DNA of 64,000 nucleotides, taken from positions 416,001 to 480,000 of the forward strand of contig CBDCCK010000002.1 of NCBI GenBank assembly GCA_965214835.1, written 5' to 3'. The position numbers were made by a program, and so were the translations under genes. Below the pieces are notes generated by a model. It saw only the letters and a program-made list of their open reading frames with translations. It was not told the origin of the DNA and did no database searches. This DNA comes from Nitrosopumilaceae archaeon. Its GTDB lineage: Archaea; Thermoproteota; Nitrososphaeria; Nitrososphaerales; Nitrosopumilaceae. Below are positions 39,390-49,388 of the stretch, in pieces; position 1 is the stretch's first letter; every line of letters begins with the position of its first letter.

Positions 39390-40246
39390 CGCGTATGCTA
39401 AGGAGGGCACTGGGGGGCATGCTAACAGAGCAGGAAGGCTGCGAGCTGTTCTCGGCCTTTGACCAGATAGGCAGGATCATCATAGTCAGGATTCCCGACT
39501 CGCTGCTAGGAAAAAAGAGGGTCATAGGGGAGGCGCTGCTAGAGCAGGTCAAGACGGCCGAGTCGGTCTTCTACCAGTCATCAGACGTGGAGGGGGACTT
39601 TAGGACGCGCGGCCTAGAGCTCATTGCAGGCGCGGACTCTACGGAAACCGAGTACAGGGAGCACGGGTGCAGGTTCGTCGTGGACGTGCAAAAGGCGTTT
39701 TTTTCGCCAAGGCTGTCCACCGAGAGGCTGCGAATCGCAAGCCAGGTACAGGACTCTGACGTCATAGTCAACATGTTTGCAGGAATCGGGACGTTCTCGA
39801 TTGTCGCCGCCAAGAACAAAAAATGCACCGTATACAGCATCGATGCCAACCCCGAGGCGTCAAGGCTGTGCGAGCAAAACGTATCGATGAACAGGCTTGC
39901 CGGAAGGGTGATCACGATTAACGGAGACGCCGCGGAGGTGGTCAGGGAAAAGCTCCAGGATGCCGCCACCAGGACGCTGATGCTCCTGCCCGAAAGATCC
40001 GACGAGTTCCTGGACTCGGCGGTTGCTGCTACCGGAAGCGGCGGAATCATCCACTATTACGCACATACGCGCTCAGAAAGGAAGACGGAGGCGCCAAGAA
40101 TTGCAGAGATGCACTTTGCAGGAGTCTGTCCTGCAACGCACTCGATCCTGGGCTCAAAGAACGTCAGGGCCGTGGGTCCCAGATACTACCAGACGGTAGT
40201 CGATGCAAGAATCTCAAAAGAGTCAGTCGTCGGGGCCGTACGATGA
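39386..40246 (+). CDS. Trm5/Tyw2 (Met-10+) family tRNA methyltransferase
   Basis: FDQIGRI, FFSPRLSTER and NMFAGIGTF motifs. Confidence 0.85.
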   Translation: MTRMLRRALGGMLTEQEGCELFSAFDQIGRIIIVRIPDSLLGKKRVIGEALLEQVKTAESVFYQSSDVEGDFRTRGLELIAGADSTETEYREHGCRFVVDVQKAFFSPRLSTERLRIASQVQDSDVIVNMFAGIGTFSIVAAKNKKCTVYSIDANPEASRLCEQNVSMNRLAGRVITINGDAAEVVREKLQDAATRTLMLLPERSDEFLDSAVAATGSGGIIHYYAHTRSERKTEAPRIAEMHFAGVCPATHSILGSKNVRAVGPRYYQTVVDARISKESVVGAVR

Positions 40247-40453
40247 TGGGGCCGGCCGGGTGGTGGCCATCGTATACCCAATCCAGGCAACGGTTCCCAG
40301 AACCCCGCCTACAATCATCAGCACGGACAACTCCAAGACAATCTTTCCCCACTCTGAGAGCATTACGAGGTAGGCGTATGTGAAGAATCCGGCTATGCAC
40401 AGGCAGAAGATTGCGGCCCCCGTCGATTTTCGCCTGTCCATGGCGCTTGACAC
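40223..40453 (-). CDS. Small two-TM membrane protein
   Basis: Two hydrophobic helices ending AWIGYTMATT. Confidence 0.65.
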   Translation of the reverse strand: MSSAMDRRKSTGAAIFCLCIAGFFTYAYLVMLSEWGKIVLELSVLMIVGGVLGTVAWIGYTMATTRPAPSSYGPDD

Positions 40454-40478
40454 CCGGCGTTGTTATTTATTCGTAGTT

Positions 40479-40979
40479 TCAATAGTCAAACTCGCGGGAC
40501 ATGAGATACGCGTCCTCGCCGTCACGGTAATACGCGCTTAGCCGCTGCCTTGTGACGAATCCCAGCCCCTCGTACAGACGGACGGCCTCATTGTTGCTGC
40601 ACCTGACCTCCAGATAGAACTCGTCGCACCTTTTGATCCGGACGCCGCTGACTGCCTCCTCGACTATTGCCTTCCCTATCCCCCGTCCCCTGAACTCGGG
40701 AAGGACTGCAACGGAGACCATGTGCCCCTTTTTGACAAACCCGAGCTTTTTGAAGTTGGAAAACCCAAACTCGGTCTTGCACATTATATACCCGACATAC
40801 CTGTCCCCGACCTGCGCGACAAGGAACGCCTCGGGCATCTCGGCCAGCAGGCTCTCATAGAAATAGTCAGAATAGTGCTCAGGCAGGGTCTTGAGGTTGA
40901 TCTCCATTACGGGGATCAGATCCCCCAGATCGGCACGCCGGATGATACAGTCCCCCAGCTGGCGAAGGATAACCTGCAT
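40479..40979 (-). CDS. Ard1/RimI-type N-acetyltransferase
   Basis: LPEHY, FRGRGIG, LEVRCSN and YYRDGEDAYLM motifs. Start taken at MQVIL. Confidence 0.9.
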   Translation of the reverse strand: MQVILRQLGDCIIRRADLGDLIPVMEINLKTLPEHYSDYFYESLLAEMPEAFLVAQVGDRYVGYIMCKTEFGFSNFKKLGFVKKGHMVSVAVLPEFRGRGIGKAIVEEAVSGVRIKRCDEFYLEVRCSNNEAVRLYEGLGFVTRQRLSAYYRDGEDAYLMSREFDY

Positions 40980-41056
40980 GAAAAGGATACGATATCGCAA
41001 ATATTTAATGTTAAACCGCGAAAGCCATTAATGCCGAGGATCCGCTAGCAAGTACA

Positions 41057-42193
41057 GTGAGCAGACCAACCGAGGACGAAATCATTTCACTAGTGAGCTC
41101 GACATTTGATGTGGCCGAGATGGAGCAGGGCCCAGAGATGATTCAGTTCAGGATCAAGGCAGGCGAGTTCAAGGCAAAGTTTGCAGAGCTGGCACAGAGG
41201 CTAGAGGGACAGGGCATCGCATGCAGGCTGAGGCGGAAGGACGGCGGGCTGTACATAGTAGTCCACCGCCTGGAGTTCGGAAGGCAGGGGTGGCTGCGCT
41301 CCTCGCCATGGGTTCCAAGAATCCTGTTTGCCGTCGTAGTCGGATTCGTAGCCGTGGACGGATACTACAGGACAGTCGGCACAAACCAGCTGATCCCAAT
41401 CGGGGATCCGCTTGGGATGGCTGCAATCTACACCGCGGCACTGCTGGGCATACTCGGCGTCCACGAGGTAGGACACCTGGCAGCATCAAGGATGCACAAG
41501 ATCAAGACGACCTGGCCGTACTTTATACCTGGACTGCCCATAATCGGAATCCCGACGTTTGGCGCGCTGATCATGGCAAAGGGGCTGATGATCAACAGGG
41601 AGAAGGCATTCGATGTTGCAATCGCAGGCCCGCTTGCAGGCCTGGTAATCACAGTCATAGTCACGGCATATGCGGCATCCACGGTGCCCGTCATAGATCC
41701 CCTGCTCAGGGAGCAGCTGGAGCAGACGTCACTGCTTGGGGAGTGGCAGTTCGGAGAGCCCCTGCTCATGACTGCAAGCTTGGCGGCGTTTGGAAAGGGT
41801 GCCGAGGACAGCACGGTTCTGATGACGCCGCTGCTGTTTGCCTCCTGGATAGGGTTTTTTCTGACGTTTGCAAACCTGATGCCTGCCGGCCAGCTGGACG
41901 GGGGGCACCTCATGAGGACGGTGTTTGGTAAAAGGACGCTCAGAATCTTCACGTATGTCAGTGCGGGAATCCTGTTTTTGATGAACTTCTGGTTTGTCGC
42001 CCTGTTTGTCTTGTTCATGACCGGGCGCAAGTCAGGGATCACAATAATGGACGACATTACCCCGCTGTCCAGCGGGAGGAAGATCTCCTATGCGGCAGTC
42101 ATGATCCTGGCAGTGCTGTGCGCCCCGATTCCGGACAGCCTCACCGTAGTAGAACCCTTGCTCCATCTGATACAACAGACACCTTCTGCCTAG
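41057..42193 (+). CDS. Site-2 protease (peptidase M50)
   Basis: HEVGH, AIAGPLAG and NLMPAGQLDGGH motifs; multiple TM segments. Confidence 0.92.
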   Translation: MSRPTEDEIISLVSSTFDVAEMEQGPEMIQFRIKAGEFKAKFAELAQRLEGQGIACRLRRKDGGLYIVVHRLEFGRQGWLRSSPWVPRILFAVVVGFVAVDGYYRTVGTNQLIPIGDPLGMAAIYTAALLGILGVHEVGHLAASRMHKIKTTWPYFIPGLPIIGIPTFGALIMAKGLMINREKAFDVAIAGPLAGLVITVIVTAYAASTVPVIDPLLREQLEQTSLLGEWQFGEPLLMTASLAAFGKGAEDSTVLMTPLLFASWIGFFLTFANLMPAGQLDGGHLMRTVFGKRTLRIFTYVSAGILFLMNFWFVALFVLFMTGRKSGITIMDDITPLSSGRKISYAAVMILAVLCAPIPDSLTVVEPLLHLIQQTPSA

Positions 42194-43226
42194 GCCCCTG
42201 GGTCTTCAGGATGTGCTCTAGTGCGTACTTTGCGCCGTTGAGGGGAACCATGTTTAGCCTCTTGACATAGAGCTCGGGCAGTACGGAGACAAGCCCGACC
42301 TGGAGGATTTTCTGAATCTCCGTAAGGTAGAGCAGCGTCTCCATTCCGTCAATGTATCGCGCCGGATTCCTCAGCCTGCCGGCATCCAGCCTGCCCTCAA
42401 CGAACTGCCTGACCGCCTCAGAGCCCAGTCCGCCCCTGCACTCGGCCAGCAGGACTGCCAGCCCCCCCGTCCTGATGCCGCCGTGGCAGTTCCACAGCGA
42501 GGACAGTGATCGTCCAAGGGTGTCGTTGCTTGCATCCTTGCCCGTGCTGATTATCATGGCCTTTTGCTGTTCTGCGTCTCTGACTGCCACGGCCTCAAAG
42601 GGCTTTGAGATGTCCATGGTTTTGGCCGGATGGCCCACGGATACATCCACTATTCCCTTGGAGTTTGCAATTATCTCGATTCCGACAATCTCAAAGCTGT
42701 CTGCGAACCTTCTGGCCTCGGCGATGCTCTCAGTCGGCCGTCCGGGGGCAGGCAGGTTGTCCTTGCGTTTTGCGTATGCGGCCAGCATGTTTTCCTGTCC
42801 AAACCGGCGCAACAGCCTCGTAGAAATGGTCTCAAACCCGAACAGCCCGTCCAGCTCGATTTCGCTGACAAACACGAGGTTGGAGTCAGAGAGGTTTGCG
42901 TCACCGAACTCAGAGATTACGCTGCCCTCCGGAAGACCCTGCTTCACAAGATTGAGGATTTTTCTATCGGCTAGGATCTTGGGAAAGGGCAGGGACTTTT
43001 GCTCGCATATGGCATAGAGCGTGGAGATGACCTTTTGGATGCTTTTTGAGTTGTGAAGCACGGCCAGCTCCATGGGCTTTGAGAGGTCAAGGCCCGAAAG
43101 AAGCTTTTCGGACAGCCCAGAATCATCCAGGTTTTTGCCGCCCGAGTCGATGCTTTGCCCCAGATTCTCCGCCTTGATGTCCAAGACGACCTCAGATATA
43201 CCGTAGTTCAACCAGATTTCAGGCAC
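42141..43226 (-). CDS. Conserved hypothetical protein, distantly LarA-like
   Basis: Start MPEIWLNYG and C-terminal GGLAVLLAECRGGLG resemble the lactate-racemase fold. Catalytic residues are not evident. Confidence 0.65.
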   Translation of the reverse strand: MPEIWLNYGISEVVLDIKAENLGQSIDSGGKNLDDSGLSEKLLSGLDLSKPMELAVLHNSKSIQKVISTLYAICEQKSLPFPKILADRKILNLVKQGLPEGSVISEFGDANLSDSNLVFVSEIELDGLFGFETISTRLLRRFGQENMLAAYAKRKDNLPAPGRPTESIAEARRFADSFEIVGIEIIANSKGIVDVSVGHPAKTMDISKPFEAVAVRDAEQQKAMIISTGKDASNDTLGRSLSSLWNCHGGIRTGGLAVLLAECRGGLGSEAVRQFVEGRLDAGRLRNPARYIDGMETLLYLTEIQKILQVGLVSVLPELYVKRLNMVPLNGAKYALEHILKTQGPRQKVSVVSDGARVLLR

Positions 43227-43505
43227 GATAGGATCACGTCACGATCCAAAATAAATCCAGTGTAGTTAATTTTGGCACGGAGTTTGTAAAGAATTTGCAA
43301 CGCTTTTGCATGAAAACGGCCCTCCAGATCCCCGTAGATTTGCCCTAGGCGCAAAAATGGCACCGCTCAGTTTGACGGATCCTCCACTAAAAAACCGCCG
43401 TAAAAACTTCGGCGGGATCCCCCGGACCGGGCAGTTCCAGATGCGAGTGCTATGATGCAAGTTGTAGTCAAGCCGTCTGGGTAAAAATCCTGCGATATGG
43501 GAAAT

Positions 43506-43596
43506 GCAGGAGCTTGCCTCCAAGGCGACACTGCCGATCATGGTCTTTATGATCATGCCCATCACGCCACATCCCACGGAGGGGGCAAATTCTTAC
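43506..43596. mobile_element. MITE family D with near-perfect 8-bp TSD
   Basis: Ends GCAGGAGCTTGCCTCC / GGGGGCAAATTCTTAC; flanks TGGGAAAT / TGGGGAAT. Confidence 0.8.
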
Positions 43597-43930
43597 TGGG
43601 GAATCATGGCACAGGCATGCACCAGGCAGCCATGCAAAAGTCCAGGGAGCGTGACAGGGGGAGGCAACTATGCAAAAGTGGAATCCAAAGGAGCCAGCAT
43701 TGGGGGTGGCCTGTCTCCCAGGTGTGATTCTGCAAACCGCAAAAATTCCGGTCTGGTGGGGACGGGCGTCTCAAGAAACCCTTGGCCGGGCTCGGGCGCA
43801 GATTAATTCAAGTTAGGCAGCTCAGTCAAATGCCTTCACATCACTTGTCAGACATAACTCTGATTCCTCATTGCGGCCAATTCTGCTAGTACGCAGTCAT
43901 TTTAAAACTAATAGGAAATGTCCCGTTTTC

Positions 43931-44830
43931 CTAATGGTCCGTGCTGCTTTCAAAAACGCTCTCTGACCACTCTAGTACATTATGCAGGTCATCAGAGACC
44001 AAGTCTGCCTTGATCGAGTTCTTTTTCTCCACAGGTCCGGACATTACAGAGAACAGCCTTTTGCCGGACTTTTCCTTGACGGTCTCCATGGCATCTGCAA
44101 AGAATTTGAGGCCCTCCTCGGAATTGGAGAATACGGATACCACCATTATGCCTGTTTTTTTCTTCCATACTTTGGACAGCAGCTTTTGAAGGTCCAGATC
44201 AAACAGAACATCTGCAGCCGAGGACATGTCGCCTAGTGAAAATACGCTCCATCCCTGAGATCTGTATGATGCAGATGCGGACTCTACTACCAGCTGGCTC
44301 TCCGAGTCAGCTGCCAAGACTATGACGTTTTTGTCCGCACTCTCTTCGTGATGAGGGCCCTCCATGATTTTGATGCACTCGGAGATCATGTTCTTGAGCA
44401 GGTTTTCCTCTGCAGTCCCAATTTTGCCCTCGTTGAACATGTCCTGAACGACGCCAATCGAGGGCAGGATAACCTCAGTTGACAGCTTGGATACGGTGGC
44501 GCCAGAATGCAGACAGTTTCGAATGAGTGCATGCGTCTGTTTTTGGGAAAATGACGAGATTAGCTCCGAGAATTTTTTTTGTACAACGTAATAGTCGTCT
44601 GGAAACCTATACTGTTCAACATCATCATCAATGAACCACAGGATCGCATTTCCGATGTTTTTCTGGTTGATCATTCCCTCTGCTGCAAAAATGCCCAGAT
44701 ACTTTGTCATGGTAACCCGGTTAACCCCAAGGCGTTCGGAGATTTCAACCCCGGACAGTCCGGTCTTGGAGTCTTGAAGCAGGCCTACCAGCTTTTCTTT
44801 TAGCTCCCCAGTCTTGTAGCCCCGGCTCAT
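43931..44830 (-). CDS. Winged-HTH transcriptional regulator with B12-binding-like domains
   Basis: N-terminal LSGVEISERLGVNRVTMTKYL HTH, a cap-like EVILPS...GKIGTAEE region and a Rossmann-like C-terminus. Confidence 0.75.
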   Translation of the reverse strand: MSRGYKTGELKEKLVGLLQDSKTGLSGVEISERLGVNRVTMTKYLGIFAAEGMINQKNIGNAILWFIDDDVEQYRFPDDYYVVQKKFSELISSFSQKQTHALIRNCLHSGATVSKLSTEVILPSIGVVQDMFNEGKIGTAEENLLKNMISECIKIMEGPHHEESADKNVIVLAADSESQLVVESASASYRSQGWSVFSLGDMSSAADVLFDLDLQKLLSKVWKKKTGIMVVSVFSNSEEGLKFFADAMETVKEKSGKRLFSVMSGPVEKKNSIKADLVSDDLHNVLEWSESVFESSTDH

Positions 44831-45080
44831 ACTGATAATTTTCGCGGTGTTGTATAAAGTCTGATTTCAATCAAGCGTATGAGGCCAAGTACCTGGCCAT
44901 CCAATCAGGCATGAATTCGCATATAATCGTGATCTTCAGGCCGGGCCAGCAGTGGGGTGTGGCCTCACACAGTCAAGCACGGAGGCTAGTATGGAGAAAC
45001 AGCTTACGGCGAGTGAACAGGGCCGAATAAAAAAACATTATATAGTTGTGTACTTTATTGTACGGTAAGAGGAAAGTACA

Positions 45081-45467
45081 TTGCCAAAAGCAGGTTTCAA
45101 ATCAATCACAGTTTCAGAGTCAGTTTATGATAAATTCCATGAGGTCTACCAAAAGAACAAAGACGACCTTGTAATGAAGGGAGTCAATAGCTTTGCAGGC
45201 TATGTGACCTACATGCTAGAGGAGACGATGCAAAAGGACGAGACCTTTGCAAGATATGCTCCAAAACTAGAAAAGATCTCAGTTGATGATGACAGGGTAA
45301 TTCTCAAGGACAATGTGAAAAACAGGATTGCAGAGATTGCAGTTCAAAAGGGAGAGCTGCATTGTATGCTATGTGAAGAAAAGGACTGTGTTCACATAGG
45401 CTTTGTATGGTCACTGCCAGACGTATACGAAGTCCTGCACGCCAAGGGAATTAGAAATCCAAAATAA
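45081..45467 (+). CDS. Conserved hypothetical protein (RHH-like N-terminus, CxxC-x4-CxH C-terminus)
   Basis: GFKSITVSESVY and LHCMLCEEKDCVH. TATA TTATATAG upstream. Confidence 0.75.
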   Translation: MPKAGFKSITVSESVYDKFHEVYQKNKDDLVMKGVNSFAGYVTYMLEETMQKDETFARYAPKLEKISVDDDRVILKDNVKNRIAEIAVQKGELHCMLCEEKDCVHIGFVWSLPDVYEVLHAKGIRNPK

Positions 45468-45474
45468 AGGGCAG

Positions 45475-45595
45475 TGGAGGAGGCGGGATTTGAACCCGCG
45501 AACTCCTGAGAGACAGGATCACCCATTATATGATCTTAAGTCCTGCATGTCCAAAAGCAGTATCGCTTACTTTGGCCAGGCTTGATTACTCCTCC
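45475..45595 (-). tRNA. tRNA-Leu(TAA) with two introns
   Basis: Acceptor stem GGAGGAG/CTCCTCC, anticodon stem CAGGA/TCCTG, long variable arm and TTCAAAT loop. Inserts at 45520-45534 and 45549-45569. Confidence 0.88.
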
Positions 45596-45680
45596 AAGGT
45601 AGGCTAGATTTCACAGAAATTTAACGGTTTAGAGATTCGATAATCAAGAATTATAAGGATTCCATACGAGCCAGACTTGT

Positions 45681-45754
45681 GCTCCGATAGCTCAGCCTGG
45701 TAGAGCGTTACCTTGGTAAGGTAAAGGTCGCGGGTTCAGATCCCGCTCGGAGCT
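45681..45754 (+). tRNA. tRNA-Thr(GGT)
   Basis: GCTCCGA/TCGGAGC acceptor stem; anticodon arm TTACC-TTGGTAA-GGTAA. Confidence 0.95.
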
Positions 45755-45758
45755 TTTC

Positions 45759-46607
45759 TCAATAATTCGTAATGAGAAGCTCGCAGTGCCCGGTTCGCTT
45801 CTTAGAGTCAGAGTTGATGGCCCTGTTTGCGGCGATCCTTTGCATGTTCCACTTCTCCGGGAACAGCATTGAGACCTCCTTGGAGTCAGAATTGGACAGC
45901 ATTACCTTGGCGCCCTTTTTGTCTAGACTCACGCATAGCTGAGCCAGGCGCCTGAGATCCTCATAGCCAAAATCGTGGTCGGTATAGCTGGTAAAATTGG
46001 CAGTGTCACTGACCGGCTGATATGGAGGATCGAGGTAGACAAAGTCGTCCTTTGACACGTCACTTAGAATCGATGAAAAGTCACGGCATGAGATATCGAC
46101 CCCGCTTGGCTGGAGAATCCTGCTGACGGCGCGCAGGTTATCCTCATTTACGATGTTGGGATTCGTATACTTGCCAAGTGGAACGTTGAATTTCCCCCTG
46201 CTGTTTACGCGGTACAGTCCGTTAAAGCATGTACGGTTCAGGAAGATCAGCCTGGATGCCTTTTCTACCTGGCTCATAGGACTTGCCTCCCTGACAGAAT
46301 AGTAATAGGTCTTGGAGTCATTGGCATATCCCCGTGCATGGGCCCTAAGAGAGGAGATCAGATCCTCCACCATGTCACGGATGGTCACGTAGGTCAAAAC
46401 CAGGTCAGAGTTCAAGTCAGATGCCTTGCACTTTTGTTTTGACGAAAGCGTGAGGATGTGAAACAGCATTGCGCCCCCGCCCAAAAACGGCTCGTAATAC
46501 GTAGCGAATTTTGAGGGAATGCACTGCTCCAACGTAGACAGTAGCTGACGCTTGCCGCCTGCCCATTTGACAAAGGGCTTTGGTGCGGACAAAACCTGGT
46601 GTTTCAT
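45759..46607 (-). CDS. dam: DNA adenine methyltransferase (Dam/D12 class)
   Basis: KWAGGK, EPFLGGG, FNGLYRVN and YLDPPY motifs. The ATG lies inside the IS481 terminal repeat. Confidence 0.92.
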   Translation of the reverse strand: MKHQVLSAPKPFVKWAGGKRQLLSTLEQCIPSKFATYYEPFLGGGAMLFHILTLSSKQKCKASDLNSDLVLTYVTIRDMVEDLISSLRAHARGYANDSKTYYYSVREASPMSQVEKASRLIFLNRTCFNGLYRVNSRGKFNVPLGKYTNPNIVNEDNLRAVSRILQPSGVDISCRDFSSILSDVSKDDFVYLDPPYQPVSDTANFTSYTDHDFGYEDLRRLAQLCVSLDKKGAKVMLSNSDSKEVSMLFPEKWNMQRIAANRAINSDSKKRTGHCELLITNY

Positions 46608-47762
46608 ATGGAAACTAGTTCCGCCCCCTCATTAGTATTCTTCTCCATCCATTTTGGATCGCTTTTCCTGATCGCTTCTGAGGCCTCCCGACTCCGGAAC
46701 GCCATCATGGGCGTCTCGGCGCGCCCCATGTCAAGCGAATAGTGCGTCCTGCGCTCGTTGAACTCGATGAACCCGTCGACCTTGTCAAAGTGCACCAGCT
46801 CCCCAAGCGTCTCAAACCACCTCCCAAGCTTGCCGTTGATCTGTGGGTGGTGCGGATGCGAGTTGAGCAGGGCGATATCTCGCTCTAGCAGCTCGTCCTC
46901 AGACAGCATAGGCGTCCATCTGCCCCGGGGGGTACTGCACCTAGCCGACATAAGGCAGGTGCCGTCATCCGTGTCCGGGCCGGCACCCCGAGCACCCTGA
47001 CTGCCTTGCGCAGCACCAAGACGGCGTTCGAGGTCACGCACTCGGAGACGCCGAATCCAGTCATACACCGCGAGAAGTCGTCAAGATGTGCCTGCCAGAT
47101 TGAGTCCTTTTAGGCGTGGATCCTTCGTGTCAGCCTGCGTGCCACATTGCGTTTGAGTACTTGTGCTAGAACCGTAGCCATTTGCGCTGTCTGAATCTTG
47201 CATGCGGCCCGTGATTCCCTCGGCCTTTATGATCCTGTATGCAGAATAGTACCTTGTCTGCCTGCGGCCCTCATGCGCGAGGCCAGACGCACCACGCCCG
47301 ACGGCACCCGGGCATGTGCATCAAGGACCGCCTTGACGTCCTCGGGGATCCGCATTCTTGAGAAGTGATTCACAATTAAAAACCGTGTGGACATGCAAAT
47401 TTGTCTATCAACTTGCTAAACAATCTGACAAGTGATGTGATTTTTGCGATCATTTTGATCCGTGTAGCGCATATCCATATTCCAGTAATCCAAGATTGCC
47501 AGTTGTGAATCACCTCTCTACGTGGCCTTGGCAGGATCGTGCTGGGGTTAGGGAGCCTGGCCCACACCTTCCTGACGTACCCGTAGCTGATGCCCAGCTC
47601 CCGGGCCATCTGCTTGGGCGGCACGCCCTTTTTTTTCTGCCCGCCCATATACCGAAGCGGCTTTTTCTCCAGTCTTTTGCTCGTATTTTTGGATCGATAC
47701 AGCCTAAAACAATTCTTCAAAGCACGTCTGATCTCAAGCGGAACTGATTTTCATACGATACA
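46600..47762 (-). mobile_element. IS481-family element with degraded transposase
   Basis: TGT...ACA ends with imperfect ~25-bp TIR and 15-bp TSD GCGGACAAAACCTGG. Fragments: HTH (MARELGISYGYV), RQRKWLRF*HKYSNAMWH, LDDFSR and HPQINGKLGRWF. Confidence 0.88.
47360..47518. mobile_element. MITE (family F-like TIR) nested in IS481
   Basis: GAGAAGTGATTCACAATT / AGTTGTGAATCACCTCTC, an AT-rich insert in a GC-rich transposase. Confidence 0.75.
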
Positions 47763-47945
47763 GCGGACAAAACCTGGTCGTATTGCTGACAAAACCTGGT
47801 CGTATTGCTGCAATCACAAAAAGCACGGTTATACTCAAGTAACAACAAGTGATCACAATCTGTGCAATGGTTTTTGAATAAATTTAACAAGCCGCACCTG
47901 TGTTAGGAGCGGTCTAACAAAATGAAAAGGAAAGGTTTGGGTTTT

Positions 47946-48596
47946 TTAGTCCCACTTTGACCATGCGGCCATCCATCTGTAGGTCCACGTATTGAGTTTA
48001 CAACCCAACGCCGTGAAGGTACATGCCAAGACTGCACCAGCACCTGCACCCAGCGCGACCGGACTGTTATAGAACTTTCCGACTTGCGGTTCAATTGGTG
48101 TCATGTATGGTGGTAATGTAGGTCTTGGATACTTGAAGGCCGTTTCTAGTGGGTCTGCGACCGTAATCAGGTTTACCATGTTGAACAATGGTAAAGACAT
48201 TCCTACCAGTACGCCGCCGAACAGTATCAAGCTGTGCTTGTTCTTCTTTGTAGCCCAATATGCCAAGTCCATCAGCATTGCCGATGGCAACCAAACTGGA
48301 GTGACAATGAAGTCGTATGGATAGCCTAGTGCAAACCATGCACCTTTTGCAATCCACGTGTATACCGTCATGATTAATGCGTAGTACGTTGCTGTTCCTG
48401 GAACACCTGTAAAGGTCAGATAATATGCTGCGCCTACTGCGAGCATAAGCGTTTGTGATATAGAGAATACTACAAACGATGTCCAGGCCCAGTCTGTGTA
48501 GAAGATGTAGTCTCCTGCGTTGATTGTTAACAGGGTCGAATTAACTGCAACCACTACTATGAATAGATAGTGAGTACATCGTCTAAGCCAGACCAT
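47946..48596 (-). CDS. amoA: Ammonia monooxygenase subunit A
   Basis: MVWLRRCTHYLFIVVVAVNSTLLTINAGDYIFYTDWAW...WMAAWSKWD. Confidence 0.98.
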   Translation of the reverse strand: MVWLRRCTHYLFIVVVAVNSTLLTINAGDYIFYTDWAWTSFVVFSISQTLMLAVGAAYYLTFTGVPGTATYYALIMTVYTWIAKGAWFALGYPYDFIVTPVWLPSAMLMDLAYWATKKNKHSLILFGGVLVGMSLPLFNMVNLITVADPLETAFKYPRPTLPPYMTPIEPQVGKFYNSPVALGAGAGAVLACTFTALGCKLNTWTYRWMAAWSKWD

Positions 48597-48705
48597 TAGT
48601 AAGTTGGGCAAGTAGTCAGTATATAAAATTTTACTAGATGATGAAGATCGGCACGACTAGGCGTCAACCCAAGGGAAAAAGAGAAAAATCTGAAGGAAAA
48701 ACCTT

Positions 48706-49068
48706 CTAGTTTCCTACGTATAGGGAGATAATTACCGTACCAACTGCAGTTCCTGCGATAGTACCTGCAACTACACCGTTGCTCTTCTTGTTTGAGCCCT
48801 CTTCACAGACTTTGACCGAGAAGATGTAGCCGATTGCCTCAATAATCGTGAGGACAATGAATGCATAGTGGCCACTAGGCGTTGGATATGCCCATGGATA
48901 GTAGAAATATCCTGCTGCCGTACCTCCAAATGTTGCAAGCCATGCTGCGATGTAGGATACCGTAATAATTCCAGTCATATTCTCGACGCGACGGCCGATC
49001 ATTTTTTCGACGTCTGCGCTTGAACCGCCAGAACCGCCGGCTGAACCGAATCCTTTAGGAAGAGTCAT
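48706..49068 (-). CDS. amoX: AMO subunit X
   Basis: Adjacent to amoA. Contains IGRRVENM and YYPWAYPTPSGHYAF. Confidence 0.9.
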   Translation of the reverse strand: MTLPKGFGSAGGSGGSSADVEKMIGRRVENMTGIITVSYIAAWLATFGGTAAGYFYYPWAYPTPSGHYAFIVLTIIEAIGYIFSVKVCEEGSNKKSNGVVAGTIAGTAVGTVIISLYVGN

Positions 49069-49171
49069 TCTGGATTTATACCATGTAGAATCTTTTTAAG
49101 TCTTTCTTAAGCCAGGCAGCTGGTCGAATTTTGCCACGCATACTGGCCCACTTGGCCCCGATCTTTTCCTT

Positions 49172-49263
49172 GTATGTGGTCACGTCCCCTTGTTAGCTAG
49201 GCACGAAAATCACAATCATGCATCTAATTCGTGCCTGACTGATGGGGGTAGGTGGCCTCGTAC
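49172..49263. mobile_element. MITE family E (degenerate)
   Basis: Homologous to 61438..61530. Ends GTATGTGGTCAC / GTGGCCTCGTAC. Confidence 0.75.
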
Positions 49264-49388
49264 TTTTTATAGACAAAAACAAGGACAGGCCCTCATGTGG
49301 TAAGCGTGCCAGAACTCATTGGGCCCACCACACAGTCACTGCAGCATTCTTGTTTCTAGCACCTAAAACCTCCTGGGGCCCTGGCCCC

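Noticed and set aside
43266-43930. Long intergenic region as replication origin or ncRNA
   Set aside because: No ORB-like repeats and no adjacent cdc6. Only one MITE is supportable.
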